A stretch of DNA of 64,000 nt from a virus (lineage: Duplodnaviria; Caudoviricetes). Location of the stretch: IMG/VR virus record IMGVR_UViG_3300031555_001696; one strand, 5' to 3'. Below, in pieces: positions 51,849 through 62,518 of the stretch; the stretch's first letter is position 1; each line of letters opens with the position of its first letter. The position numbers and the translations under genes are program-made. The notes beneath the pieces were generated by a model. That model ran no database searches and had not been told where the DNA came from. It was given only the letters and a program-made list of their open reading frames with translations.

Positions 51849-52334
51849 ATACAAACTTTATATCATTATATATATTTAGGACTAATTAAGGTAATTGACA
51901 ACATAGTTACTACGGAGAAATCCCTGTTAACGCACCAAAACAAAGCGCTCGCTGCATCAATTCTAGTGGCAGTTTCGCAGTTTCTCTTCTACGTTCTTAT
52001 CAAAGAGGTTGTAGCAGATAGTAATCTAATTTCTATGATAGTGGTATCAGTTGCGTCTGGCATTGGTAGTTATATTGCATTTGGTATCAACAACAAATTC
52101 TCAAAGGAAACCGTGTACATTAACATCGTTACATCTAACGATAAAAATCAGATGAAGAGTTTTGCTGATCATATGAGAGCGGAGGGCATTAAGGTGGTTA
52201 CAGTGCCTACTTATGGCGACGATATTGAAAGAACACTAACTGCTCTTATTTTTGCTAATACACGGTATCAGTCAAAAATGATTGACAAATATGTTGAAAA
52301 TCATGCAGAGCTTTTTAGGGAGGTAATAAATTAA
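51849..52334 (+). CDS. Membrane protein (DUF2179/DUF5698-like), probable ATA start
   Basis: Frame stays open upstream of the GTG at 51966 back to an ATA 8 nt after GGAGG; three hydrophobic helices plus a soluble C-terminal domain. Confidence 0.55.
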   Translation: MQTLYHYIYLGLIKVIDNIVTTEKSLLTHQNKALAASILVAVSQFLFYVLIKEVVADSNLISMIVVSVASGIGSYIAFGINNKFSKETVYINIVTSNDKNQMKSFADHMRAEGIKVVTVPTYGDDIERTLTALIFANTRYQSKMIDKYVENHAELFREVIN

Positions 52335-53426
52335 ATGGGAATTTATATGGATCACGCCGCTACAACGCCAATTTGCGAGGCAGCGAAAAGGGTAATAATG
52401 ACTTATATGAATGACTTCGGTAATCCGTCTAGTCAACACGAGCTTGGTAGACAGGCTAGAGTTCTAATTGAAGATGCCAGAGAAAGAATTGCTAAGTGTA
52501 TTAACGCCGAACCAAACGAAATATACTTCACGAGTGGAGGCTCTGAAGCCAATTCATTGGTTGTAAATAATTATATTACTTTGTCTTCAAATTTTGAGCA
52601 TCATTCTTTAAATGCGCATTGTAAAAATGCATACATTGATAAAAATGGTTTTGTTGATACACAATTTTTCAGCACTATTTGTCATCCAAATGCATCATAT
52701 TTTGAATTAGAATCTTGTATGATGGTTAATAACGAAATTGGAACAATACAACCTATTAAAAATATTACAAACATTGCACATGGAAAACATATGCTATTCC
52801 ACACTGATGCAGTACAAGCAGTAGGACACATTCCCATTGACATTAAAGACATAAACTGTGATTTTCTCTCTGCCTCAGCCCACAAATTTGGTGGGCCAAA
52901 AGGTATTGGATTTATTTATATAAAAAATGGTGTAAAAATTGAACCTATTATTCATGGTGGTAGGCAAGAATCTGGATTAAGAGGCGGAACAGAAAATGTT
53001 CTTGGTATTATTGCCATGGCTGCAGCACTTGAAGATGCAGTAGAACATATGGAAGAACGCAATGCATACATAAAAGACTTAAGAGACAGATTGTTAGATA
53101 TGCTTCTACAAATCCCTGGTTCACATCTTAACGGTTCGCTTGAAAATCGTGTTCCTGGCAATATAAACATCCGTTTTTCAGGGGTTTCTGGAGCGAGATT
53201 GGTAACACTGTGTAGTTTGTATGGTATTTACATTTCCTCTGGATCGGCCTGCAATGAGGGGATTTCTGAGCCTAGTCATGTTCTTAAAGCAATCGGCTTG
53301 AACGACGAAGAAGCTCTGAGCAGTATCCGCATCACTCTTGGACATACAAATACAGAAGAAGAAATTAATACAGCAGCAAACATTCTTACATCATTAGTTG
53401 AAAGGATTAGAGATGAAAACACATAA
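52335..53426 (+). CDS. iscS: Cysteine desulfurase (IscS/NifS family)
   Basis: YMDHAATTP, GNPSS, FTSGGSEAN, HTDAVQA, SAHKFGGPKG and SSGSAC motifs. Confidence 0.93.
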   Translation: MGIYMDHAATTPICEAAKRVIMTYMNDFGNPSSQHELGRQARVLIEDARERIAKCINAEPNEIYFTSGGSEANSLVVNNYITLSSNFEHHSLNAHCKNAYIDKNGFVDTQFFSTICHPNASYFELESCMMVNNEIGTIQPIKNITNIAHGKHMLFHTDAVQAVGHIPIDIKDINCDFLSASAHKFGGPKGIGFIYIKNGVKIEPIIHGGRQESGLRGGTENVLGIIAMAAALEDAVEHMEERNAYIKDLRDRLLDMLLQIPGSHLNGSLENRVPGNINIRFSGVSGARLVTLCSLYGIYISSGSACNEGISEPSHVLKAIGLNDEEALSSIRITLGHTNTEEEINTAANILTSLVERIRDENT

Positions 53427-54114
53427 CGTACTTTGGAGCATTATTATAGTAATCTGTATTGTCATTCCTTTAATGGCTTCAATCTATTGGGAAAAACAAT
53501 GTCACATTATTGAAGCACAGCTGGTGGAGTCTCACAACACTCATATCTCTGAACTTCATAAGTTAGATCAAAAATGTGATGGTCTGCTAGATGATATCAA
53601 GATTTTGGACGAACAGCTTATTGCTAAGAGCAACCTACTAAATGAAGTCCAAGAAAAGCTTGAACAGGCTAATATACTTATCGATGCATATAAATCGGAA
53701 AAATACTTCGTGTCTTATATAGTAACAGAACAAGAAATTGAAATGATTGCACAGACAATATGGGGCGAGGCTAGAGGGCTTAATACATATGAACAATCCT
53801 TGGTGATCTGGTGCATTTTAAATCGTGTAGATGATGGAACATGGGGTAATACAGTTGCAGAGGTCGTCACGGCAAAGTCTCAGTTTCACGGGTATAGTAA
53901 TAGCCATCCGATTACAGATGAACATAAAGCTCTAGCTCGGGACGTTGTAACACGGTGGCAGATGGAAAAATATTGCCAGGGCAATGTTGGAAGAACGCTT
54001 CCGCAAGAATACCTTTATTTCCATTCTGAACATGGACATAATGTCTTTACAAGCAACTATCGTCGTCCGTACAACACTTATGATTACAGCTCTGGTTTTA
54101 ATCCTTACTCTTGA
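53413..54114 (+). CDS. SleB-like cell wall hydrolase with an N-terminal anchor and coiled coil
   Basis: IAQTIWGEARG...VIWCILNRVD...VVTAKSQF...YLYF. Confidence 0.8.
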   Translation: MKTHNVLWSIIIVICIVIPLMASIYWEKQCHIIEAQLVESHNTHISELHKLDQKCDGLLDDIKILDEQLIAKSNLLNEVQEKLEQANILIDAYKSEKYFVSYIVTEQEIEMIAQTIWGEARGLNTYEQSLVIWCILNRVDDGTWGNTVAEVVTAKSQFHGYSNSHPITDEHKALARDVVTRWQMEKYCQGNVGRTLPQEYLYFHSEHGHNVFTSNYRRPYNTYDYSSGFNPYS

Positions 54115-54160
54115 CAATACGAAATTAATGTGATATAATATAAACACAAAAGACCACAGG

Positions 54161-54196
54161 GGCCAATATAGGAGAAATCTTATATTGGCCTTTTTT
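54161..54196 (+). terminator. Intrinsic terminator
   Basis: GGCCAATATAGGA / TCTTATATTGGCC stem followed by a T-tract. Confidence 0.75.
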
Positions 54197-54354
54197 AAGG
54201 AGATTATTATGGTAGATAAGAACAAGAAGAAGGAAGAAGCGAAGAGTCAGCGTAACTTGTGGACTATGAATCCTGTTACACGCATTGTTGAAAGCAGAAA
54301 GAAGTATAAACGCAGTAAGGATCGCAAAGATAGGAAGTTATATGAGGATTAATC

Positions 54355-54771
54355 ATGAAGCTTACAAAATCACATAGGGCTTATTTTAAGGCTGCAAAAA
54401 GCATGAGCGAATTGTCAGACTTTAAACAGCATCACATCGGAGCCGTCGCCGTATCTGGGCATAAAATTATTTCATCTGGATATAATTCTTATAAAACTAA
54501 TCCAACACAGAAGCGTCTTAATGTTCATAGATTTAATGCAGATACTCCGGCTACGCTTCATGCTGAACTAAGTTGTCTTTTGCCGTTAATTAATCGTCGA
54601 GACATAGACTTTAGTGATGTGTCGATCTATGTTTATCGAGAATATAAAAATGGAGATCTGGCACTTGCAAAACCGTGTGCGTCGTGCATGGCACTATTGA
54701 GAAGCCTGAAAATTAGACACATATATTATACCGGAGACGGTAGCTATATTAACGAAGAAATTATTTATTAA
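54355..54771 (+). CDS. Cytidine/dCMP deaminase-fold protein
   Basis: HIGAV..SGYN...HAE...AKPCASC motifs. Confidence 0.8.
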   Translation: MKLTKSHRAYFKAAKSMSELSDFKQHHIGAVAVSGHKIISSGYNSYKTNPTQKRLNVHRFNADTPATLHAELSCLLPLINRRDIDFSDVSIYVYREYKNGDLALAKPCASCMALLRSLKIRHIYYTGDGSYINEEIIY

Positions 54772-55376
54772 AGGAGAATAAAAAAATGAGCCAGCAAGAT
54801 TATTTTGAAGACATGTGCAAACGTTGTTTTATTCGTAACACAAATCTCACTAAGAAAGAGATCAAAAAGATTGTTTTGAGCGAAGAGCGTTATCGGTGTA
54901 GTTGTTGCGGGAAAACAGATTTTATCGTTGAATATGTGGAGGAATGAGTAATGGCAGAAATTCTAGGACAGGGTACACTATATAAAGCATTTAAGGAACT
55001 TGGCATTGAGGCAACCAGAACATATAAGGGTAGCGAAAAGCCTTATTATCAGGTATGGGAGCTATCAAAGGAAGATTGTAAGAGACTTGAGTACGAATCT
55101 GAGTGGAATGACGAATGGGGTTGGTTTTGTTACTCTAACGGCGAGCACCGCGGCACAGCTTACGATTTCCTAACTATTAATGGTGTTGATGTTATTGCGT
55201 GGCAGGAGGATTGCAAGAAAGATACTTTTGAATGCCTTACTGATTATTTTAAGGATTGCCTTGGCGTTACCGACGGTAGACAGATGGCTTCGTATTCTGT
55301 GTATTTGGCAAAGACGAACGGTTGGTCATTAAGCGATTTATGGAAGAAGCTAGAAAGTTAAAGGAGTTATTATATT

Positions 55377-55832
55377 ATGACTACAGCAGAATGTAAGTTA
55401 GAAACAATTAAGCATATTGAAAATGTTAGAAAATATATTAGAATTTTCACAGATTCACTTACAAATCGTGGCATTAAGCATGATGCGTCTAAGTTGGAGA
55501 ACCCTGAGGTAGAAGCGTTTACTAAATGCACTCCAAAGCTCGCTAAGTTAACTTATGGTACGCCCGAATACAATGAATCATTAAATGAATTAGATACTGC
55601 ACTTCAGCATCATTACGCATGTAATCGCCATCATCCAGAACATTTCAGTAAGGGCATTGATGATATGACTTTAATCGACATTGTAGAGATGTTATGCGAC
55701 TGGAAGGCTGCAAGTATTAGACAGCATGATGGTAACTTATTGAAATCCATTGAGATTAATGCACAAAGATTTGGTTATGACGATCAACTAAAACGGATTT
55801 TTATTAACACGGCTAAAATTTTGGATGAATAA
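55377..55832 (+). CDS. HD-like protein (DUF5662-like)
   Basis: HDASK...HHYACNRHHPEH...EMLCDW. Confidence 0.7.
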   Translation: MTTAECKLETIKHIENVRKYIRIFTDSLTNRGIKHDASKLENPEVEAFTKCTPKLAKLTYGTPEYNESLNELDTALQHHYACNRHHPEHFSKGIDDMTLIDIVEMLCDWKAASIRQHDGNLLKSIEINAQRFGYDDQLKRIFINTAKILDE

Positions 55833-55846
55833 AACAGTTAAATGGA

Positions 55847-56416
55847 GTGATAATTATGGGAAAGCAGTTTTATATTGCTGATTGGCATTATGGGCACGCA
55901 AATTGTATTGCATTTGACAATAGGCCGTTCAAGAATGTTCAAGAAATGAACGAAGAACTCATTGAGCGTTGGAATAAGGCTGTTACTGATTATGACACTG
56001 TCTATATTCTTGGTGATATGTTTTGGTGCAATTGGAAGGATGCACTACCTGTTTTGGACCAGTTACACGGTAGAAAGATCCTAATTAAGGGCAATCACGA
56101 CAGATGTAACGAAAGCCAGTTTGTAAAAAAGTTTAGTAAGATTGTGGATTATTTGGAGATTAAGGATAATGATCGCAATGTCGTTCTTTGTCATTATCCA
56201 ATTCCTTGTTTTAAGAATCACTTTTACGGCTGGTTTCATGCATATGGGCATGTACATAATTCTTTTGAAGCAAATATGATGGAACACAATAAATATCTAA
56301 TGGAAGAACTTTATGGCAAGCAGTGTCAAATGTTTAATGTCGGCGCAATGATGCCATATATGGACTATACGCCTCGAACTTTGGACGAGATTTTATCGGC
56401 ACAGGAGGATAAATAA
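55847..56416 (+). CDS. Calcineurin-like phosphoesterase
   Basis: ADWHYGH, LGD, GNHD, LCHYP and YGHVH motifs. Confidence 0.88.
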   Translation: MIIMGKQFYIADWHYGHANCIAFDNRPFKNVQEMNEELIERWNKAVTDYDTVYILGDMFWCNWKDALPVLDQLHGRKILIKGNHDRCNESQFVKKFSKIVDYLEIKDNDRNVVLCHYPIPCFKNHFYGWFHAYGHVHNSFEANMMEHNKYLMEELYGKQCQMFNVGAMMPYMDYTPRTLDEILSAQEDK

Positions 56417-57307
56417 TGTTGAATGTATATGATAGAATAAAAGAAATTGTTTTTGACAACGGAATAAATATTATTTGTGGACAGTGGCCTGTTGAAATTA
56501 AGGATTATGAAGATTATTTCATTATTGAAACACAGGCAGAAATTGGGGATATTTCTCGTGGATGGCTTGGTAATGTTAAGTTTATATTGACGGGTAATAG
56601 TTTTGATGAAACTTCTTGTATGTCAGAAAAAAGCGTTAGCAAAAAGGTTGAGTACAAAGATGTATTATGCGTTCGTTGTACTTTTGATTTGATATCCGAT
56701 TGTGTAGTATCGTGGCAATATACTTTTAATAAATATTGACTAAAATTCACAAATGGCCAGGAGAAATCTTGGATATTTTGCCAACTTGATTTTTGGAAAA
56801 TATGTGGTATTATAACAGTACAAAATGAATTGAGGTGATTGATGTGGGTACCAATTTCTATATGATTACTAAGAATAAAAAAATGGCAGAAAAATATGCA
56901 CCATATTCTTATGAGCTGACAGACAGACCATATTTTGGTTATGAAATTCACGTAGCTAAGACTTCATGTGGTTGGCTTCCTCTTTTTCAAGGGCACAGGG
57001 ATGGCATCAATTCTGTGCGTGAATATAAGACGGCGTACAAAACGGGCGAATTTGAAATCGTAGATGAATATGGCAACATTTATACATGGGAAGAATTTGA
57101 TAAACGGGTGTTGCAGTTTAACGGCGGTATTCGAGGAGTTGCACCTATAATTACAATAGAAGTAGATAAAAATTCTAGATGGTATGATCCAAGAATGCCA
57201 GATTGCACTCCAGTAAGTCATTTTGAATATAAATATGGTTATTATTCTGCAAACGATTACTTTACAGACGAAGATGGATATGAATTTGACAGAAGGGAAT
57301 TTTCATA

Positions 57308-58420
57308 ATGTACAAGCTTGAATTAAGAGACTTTATTCTGTCTCACGATAATTGGGAAGAACTTTTAACTGCAGAACCATATTATCTTAAGATTTCTCGT
57401 GATGACGGGTATATCATGTTTAAATATAATCAGGTGTTTTCTGATTTTAATATTCCTCTAGTTCGTGAATCACGAGGAATTATTTTCAGAGAAAGCGATT
57501 GGAAGTGTGTGTCTTATCCGTTTCGAAAATTCGGAAATTATGGTGAGTCTTATTGCCCCGAAATCAACTGGGAAACTGCATCTGTTCAAGAAAAAGTCGA
57601 TGGGTCATTAATTAAATTTTGGTATGATAACGGATGGCATATTTCCACTAACGGCACAATTGATGCGTTTAAGGCTAATCTAAACGATGTTAAGTATGAA
57701 AACTTTGGACAACTTGTTGCTACTGCAATTCATAAAGTATTTGAAGATGAGCACGATTTTTTCAACATGCTTGACCCAAAATGTACATATATGTTTGAAC
57801 TAGTTTCTCCATACAACCGCATAGTTATCCCGTATGAGGAAGTTAAGCTATATTTCTTAGGAATTAGAGATATGAACGATGGAGAGGAATGGAATCCAGA
57901 AGAGTCTGACCTGTCTATGTTTTTCTCTATCCCTAAGCGTTATCCTCTACATTCTCTGGAAGGTGTACAAAAAGCAGCAAATGCGCTTTCTTGGGACGAG
58001 GAGGGTTATGTAGTTTGCGATGCAGATTTTAATAGAGTTAAAATTAAAAGCCCATCTTACGTAATGGCTCATTACGTGCGTAATAACAACACTATTAATA
58101 CTGAGCGGTTAGTACATATTGTTCTTGATGGAGAGCAAGAAGAATTTCTAATTTATGCTTCTGACTATGCTGATGAGCTTCGTAACGTCGAGGATATTAT
58201 GCATAATATTGCAAGCAAGTCAGTTGAAAGTATGAAGATAATATTCGGCGCATCTTATGAATTTGCTAATCGTGGAGAATATGCACGAGAGGTAATGAAA
58301 TATCCTGCATATATGAAAGACTTCCTATTCCGTTGTTTTGATGATAAGATTTTCTGGGATTATGCAAAGAGTTGGAGTATAGATAGATGGGTTAAAGCTA
58401 TTAATGAATTTAAGGGATAA
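57308..58420 (+). CDS. T4 Rnl1-like RNA ligase
   Basis: ESRGIIF, PFRKFGN, EKVDGSL (motif I), FEL, EGYV and RVKIKS motifs. Confidence 0.88.
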   Translation: MYKLELRDFILSHDNWEELLTAEPYYLKISRDDGYIMFKYNQVFSDFNIPLVRESRGIIFRESDWKCVSYPFRKFGNYGESYCPEINWETASVQEKVDGSLIKFWYDNGWHISTNGTIDAFKANLNDVKYENFGQLVATAIHKVFEDEHDFFNMLDPKCTYMFELVSPYNRIVIPYEEVKLYFLGIRDMNDGEEWNPEESDLSMFFSIPKRYPLHSLEGVQKAANALSWDEEGYVVCDADFNRVKIKSPSYVMAHYVRNNNTINTERLVHIVLDGEQEEFLIYASDYADELRNVEDIMHNIASKSVESMKIIFGASYEFANRGEYAREVMKYPAYMKDFLFRCFDDKIFWDYAKSWSIDRWVKAINEFKG

Positions 58421-58712
58421 AAAGAAAATGAAACATAATGTTGTTAAATCTATGATTGGAGGAATTATTACTATGATTATAGCAATTTTGATAATTATTT
58501 GCGCACCCGCTTTTTATTATTTTGGCGGCTGGATTACAGGCCATCTGCTTAGCTGGTTTATCGGTGACATTGTTGTAGATGGTATGAACTATCTGTTTAA
58601 TACTACAAGATTTACAGTTGATATGTTGCCTACTATTTGTGGTACTCTTGGTGTAATTGGGTCTTTCTTTAAGAGTACAACTACGACAAGTTCTAAGAAG
58701 TAAGGTGATAAG

Positions 58713-59615
58713 ATGTATATCCCGAAGTTTATAATGATGGTAGGTTTGGTTGCGAGCGGCAAGTCTCATATGGCTCAAAAACTCGCTATCGAACACAATG
58801 CTACAATTTTTAGTTCGGATGAACTTCGAGAAGAAATGTTCAATAATGTCAACAACCAAGATCATAACCAAGAACTATTTGTAGAACTTCATAGGCGCAT
58901 CAAGGACTGTCTTCGTAGTGGTAAAAGTGCCATTATGGATTCTACAAACATTAACTACAAGCGTCGTATGGCATTCCTAGCTGAGCTTAAGAGCATTCCT
59001 TGTGAAAAGATTTGTGTGTTAATGGGAACTCCATATGAAGAATGTTTGAAGCGTAATGCTGAGCGTGAACGCAAAGTTCCAGAACATGTAATTTTAAGAA
59101 TGTATAGCAATTTTAACATTCCTTATTGGTATGAAGGTTGGGACGACATTAAAGTTGAATATGGTGTGTTTAAAGGTTATTATGGCAAACTAGCAAGTTG
59201 GTATAACAATTATAAAGATTATAATCAATACAATTCTCACCATACATTAACACTTGGAGAACATTGTTATAGGGCTGCATTAGAGTTAATTGGTAGCAAT
59301 TCTGTCACGTTAGTACGTGCAGCATGGATGCATGATAATGCGAAGCCAGAAACGGCAACATTTATCAACTCCAGGGGTGAGGTAACTACCGAATGTCATT
59401 ATTACAACCACCAATATGTTTCTGGATACAAGGCACTCCTATTTGATTATAGCAATCTATTGGATGTTGCGATTATTGTAATGTGGCATATGCAACCTTA
59501 TTTCTGGGAGAAAGATAATAATGAAAAGTTGCATAGTAAGTATCGTAAGTTATGGGGAGATAATTTGTATCAAGATATTATGCAACTCCATGCGGCGGAT
59601 AAATTGTGGCATTGA
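58713..59615 (+). CDS. Polynucleotide kinase (AAA_33) fused to an HD domain
   Basis: GLVASGKS, SSDELR, DSTN; C-terminal EHC..HDNAKP..HQYVS..HM..HAAD. Confidence 0.85.
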   Translation: MYIPKFIMMVGLVASGKSHMAQKLAIEHNATIFSSDELREEMFNNVNNQDHNQELFVELHRRIKDCLRSGKSAIMDSTNINYKRRMAFLAELKSIPCEKICVLMGTPYEECLKRNAERERKVPEHVILRMYSNFNIPYWYEGWDDIKVEYGVFKGYYGKLASWYNNYKDYNQYNSHHTLTLGEHCYRAALELIGSNSVTLVRAAWMHDNAKPETATFINSRGEVTTECHYYNHQYVSGYKALLFDYSNLLDVAIIVMWHMQPYFWEKDNNEKLHSKYRKLWGDNLYQDIMQLHAADKLWH

Positions 59616-59714
59616 AAAAAAAATTAAAATACCTCTTGACAAATTAAAAATTTGTGATATAATACACTCACAACAAGACAAACAATACAAAATTAATTAA
59701 GGAGATGCAACAAA

Positions 59715-60227
59715 ATGAAAACGCTAATTGTAGTAGACATGCAAAATGATTTTATTGATGCCGCACTTGGCACACCTGAGGCGCAGGCAATAGTACCTAA
59801 CGTTAAAAAGAAGATTGCAGAATATGACGCTCGTGAAGACGCAATTGTTTTTACACGAGACACCCATTTTGAAGATTATCTTGAAACGAATGAAGGCAAG
59901 AACCTTCCTGTTAAGCATTGTATTATGGGAACTCATGGTTGGCAGATTGCAGATGACCTAGAAGTACCTTGTGCTAGATATCTAAATAAGCCTACTTTTG
60001 GTTGGCTTGGTTGGAAGTCATTTGATTTTGAAGACGATGATGAAATTGAACTAGTTGGTCTTTGTACTGATATCTGCGTGGTGTCTAATGCACTAATTCT
60101 AAAGGCAATGTTCCCTGAAGTTAAGATTACAGTGGACGCAAGTTGCTGTGCAGGCGTTACTCCTGAAAGTCATAAGGCGGCACTGCAGACTATGAAGATG
60201 TGCCAGATTAATGTTATTGGAGAGTAA
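59715..60227 (+). CDS. pncA: Nicotinamidase / isochorismatase-family hydrolase
   Basis: VVDMQNDF, TRDTH, HC, KPTFG and GLCTDICV motifs; first gene of the NAD operon. Confidence 0.8.
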   Translation: MKTLIVVDMQNDFIDAALGTPEAQAIVPNVKKKIAEYDAREDAIVFTRDTHFEDYLETNEGKNLPVKHCIMGTHGWQIADDLEVPCARYLNKPTFGWLGWKSFDFEDDDEIELVGLCTDICVVSNALILKAMFPEVKITVDASCCAGVTPESHKAALQTMKMCQINVIGE

Positions 60228-60230
60228 ATT

Positions 60231-61037
60231 ATGATTAAGTTAGATGGTAAAATAGTGCACCAAGAGCATTTTCCAGACAATTCGCTGAGAATTGAACCAA
60301 TCAATGACAATAGTTTCGATCTATCTTTTATGGGAATGACATCAATTCCTAAAAGAATTACTTGGCACTATGAAAGCGATGCTGAATTGTTCACTGTAAT
60401 TTGTCTAAGAAAGCATTTTGCAAATAAGGAAATGATTTTGGAAATGCCTTATTGTCCGCACGCTCGCATGGATCGAGTAAAGAACAACAATGAATTCTTT
60501 ACACTAAAGCATTTTGCAGACGTCATTAATAGTCTTGACTTCTCTGAGGTAAAAATTTATGATCCTCACAGCAATGTATGTACTGCGCTAATTAATAATG
60601 TAAAAGTAATACCTACATATAATGAGGTTCAAAAAGCTCTTAAGACAATTGGCTCAACCAATTTAGTTGCATTTTATCCTGATGAAGGGGCCATGAAGCG
60701 TGGCACTAGCTATTTGACTGGAGCATATGCGTTTGGTATTAAAAATCGTGATTGGCAGACCGGTAAGATTTTAGGACTAGAGCTAATAAATAAGGAAGTT
60801 GTAAATGCGAGAGATGTTTTGATTATTGATGATATCTGTTCTCGTGGAGGTACATTCCTACATTCTGCTAAGGCACTCAAAGAAGCCGGTGCCAGAAAAA
60901 TTTACCTGTACGTAACTCACTGCGAAAATACAATCCTGGATGGTGAGCTACTTACCAGCGGCCTAATTGAAAAGGTATACACAACAAATAGTATTTTTAC
61001 CAAAGGACATGAAATGATTGAGGTATTCGAACTATGA
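60231..61037 (+). CDS. Ribose-phosphate pyrophosphokinase-like protein (possible ADPR-PP synthase)
   Basis: MPYCPHARMDR, DPHS, PDEGAMKR, IIDDICSRGGTF and VTH motifs. Confidence 0.85.
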   Translation: MIKLDGKIVHQEHFPDNSLRIEPINDNSFDLSFMGMTSIPKRITWHYESDAELFTVICLRKHFANKEMILEMPYCPHARMDRVKNNNEFFTLKHFADVINSLDFSEVKIYDPHSNVCTALINNVKVIPTYNEVQKALKTIGSTNLVAFYPDEGAMKRGTSYLTGAYAFGIKNRDWQTGKILGLELINKEVVNARDVLIIDDICSRGGTFLHSAKALKEAGARKIYLYVTHCENTILDGELLTSGLIEKVYTTNSIFTKGHEMIEVFEL

Positions 61038-62518
61038 CAATTAATATTATGATGATGCTTTTTTCGGATACATATAAGCACACTCATCCTCGTATGTATC
61101 CTCGTAAAGAACCATTTAAAATGAAGAAGCTAGTTTCTTATTTAACAGCACGTAAGAATATGTCCCCTGCATTTCCTACAATGGTATTTGTTGGTATGCA
61201 GCCATTTCTAATGAATTATCTTATTGATGGTTTCAACAATCAATTCTTTGATCGGCCTTTGTGTGATGTAGAAGCAGAATATAAGCATTACATGGACATC
61301 CAGGTTGGTGTTGCTAATGTTGAGTGGGATGAAATTGCAGCACTACACGAACTTGGCTATTTGCCTCTTGAGATTCGTGCTTTACCTGAGGGCTCTGTGG
61401 TAAACATGGGTATTCCTGTGGTTGAAATGACTAATACTCATCCCGATTTCGCATGGGTTGTTCAGTGGGTTGAATGTATTTTGCAGGCTGAACTGTGGGC
61501 TCCCTGTGCATACGCAACTATCGGCAAGGCGTATCATGAGCTAGCTGATAAGTACTATAAGGATACCACAGATGGCGCTGACCCCTTCATGGCCATGGCA
61601 GACTTCGGTATGCGTGGCATGTCTTGTATCGAGGATTCTATTCGAGCATCTGCATCGTGGCTGCTAAGTTTCAACAAAACTTCCACTATTCCCGCTCTGC
61701 CGTATATTGATAAATATTATCATGCTGATTGTGCAAAAAATGGTATTGGACGTGGCGCTGTCTCTACGGAACATTCTGTCATGGGTGCCAACTTCGCTAT
61801 CGATGGCGATGAGATCACTTTCGTCAAGAGACTACTAACCGAACTCTATCCTAATACATCTTTCTCTATGGTATCCGATACATACGACTACTGGAATATG
61901 GTCAACAATATTATTCCTGCTTGTAAGGATGAAATCATGGCACATAATGGTAAACTGTTAATTAGACCCGACTCTGGTGATATGCTCACTATTTCTATTC
62001 GTACCATTGAGAAGCTGTGGGAAGTATTTGGAGGCAGTATTAATGCTAAAGGCTATAAGGAACTTGATCCTCATATTGGCCTGATTTATGGTGACGGTTG
62101 TACATTGAACCGTGTAGCTGATATTTATCGAACTCTTAAGGAACGTGGCTTTGCAGCGAATAATGTCGTGTTTGGCGTTGGAGCCTTCTGTTTCCATGCC
62201 ATGTTTGATGTTGGCGGCAAAATGACCGTTATTACACGTGATACTTTTGGTATGGCGATGAAGGCTACATACGGTGAATTTGGTGACAAGAAGTTGTTTA
62301 TCTATAAGGATCCAAAGACCGACGAAGGTAATCTAAAGAAAAGTCATAAGGGATGTTGTATGGTTAGAATGGACAACAAAAACGGTAGATATTTGTGTAT
62401 GGACAAATTCGAAGGTTGGGTTCCTGATCATATGACAGCCCTGGAGACGGTCTTTAAGGATGGTAAGATGATTAAGAGCTATGACTTTATGGACATTCGG
62501 AGGAGAATGTATGGTTAA
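61034..62518 (+). CDS. NAMPT/NadV-family phosphoribosyltransferase (possible Namat)
   Basis: SDTYKHTH, DFGMRG, STEHSVM, SDTYD, IRPDSGD, IYGDG and KDPKTD motifs. Confidence 0.9.
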   Translation: MTINIMMMLFSDTYKHTHPRMYPRKEPFKMKKLVSYLTARKNMSPAFPTMVFVGMQPFLMNYLIDGFNNQFFDRPLCDVEAEYKHYMDIQVGVANVEWDEIAALHELGYLPLEIRALPEGSVVNMGIPVVEMTNTHPDFAWVVQWVECILQAELWAPCAYATIGKAYHELADKYYKDTTDGADPFMAMADFGMRGMSCIEDSIRASASWLLSFNKTSTIPALPYIDKYYHADCAKNGIGRGAVSTEHSVMGANFAIDGDEITFVKRLLTELYPNTSFSMVSDTYDYWNMVNNIIPACKDEIMAHNGKLLIRPDSGDMLTISIRTIEKLWEVFGGSINAKGYKELDPHIGLIYGDGCTLNRVADIYRTLKERGFAANNVVFGVGAFCFHAMFDVGGKMTVITRDTFGMAMKATYGEFGDKKLFIYKDPKTDEGNLKKSHKGCCMVRMDNKNGRYLCMDKFEGWVPDHMTALETVFKDGKMIKSYDFMDIRRRMYG

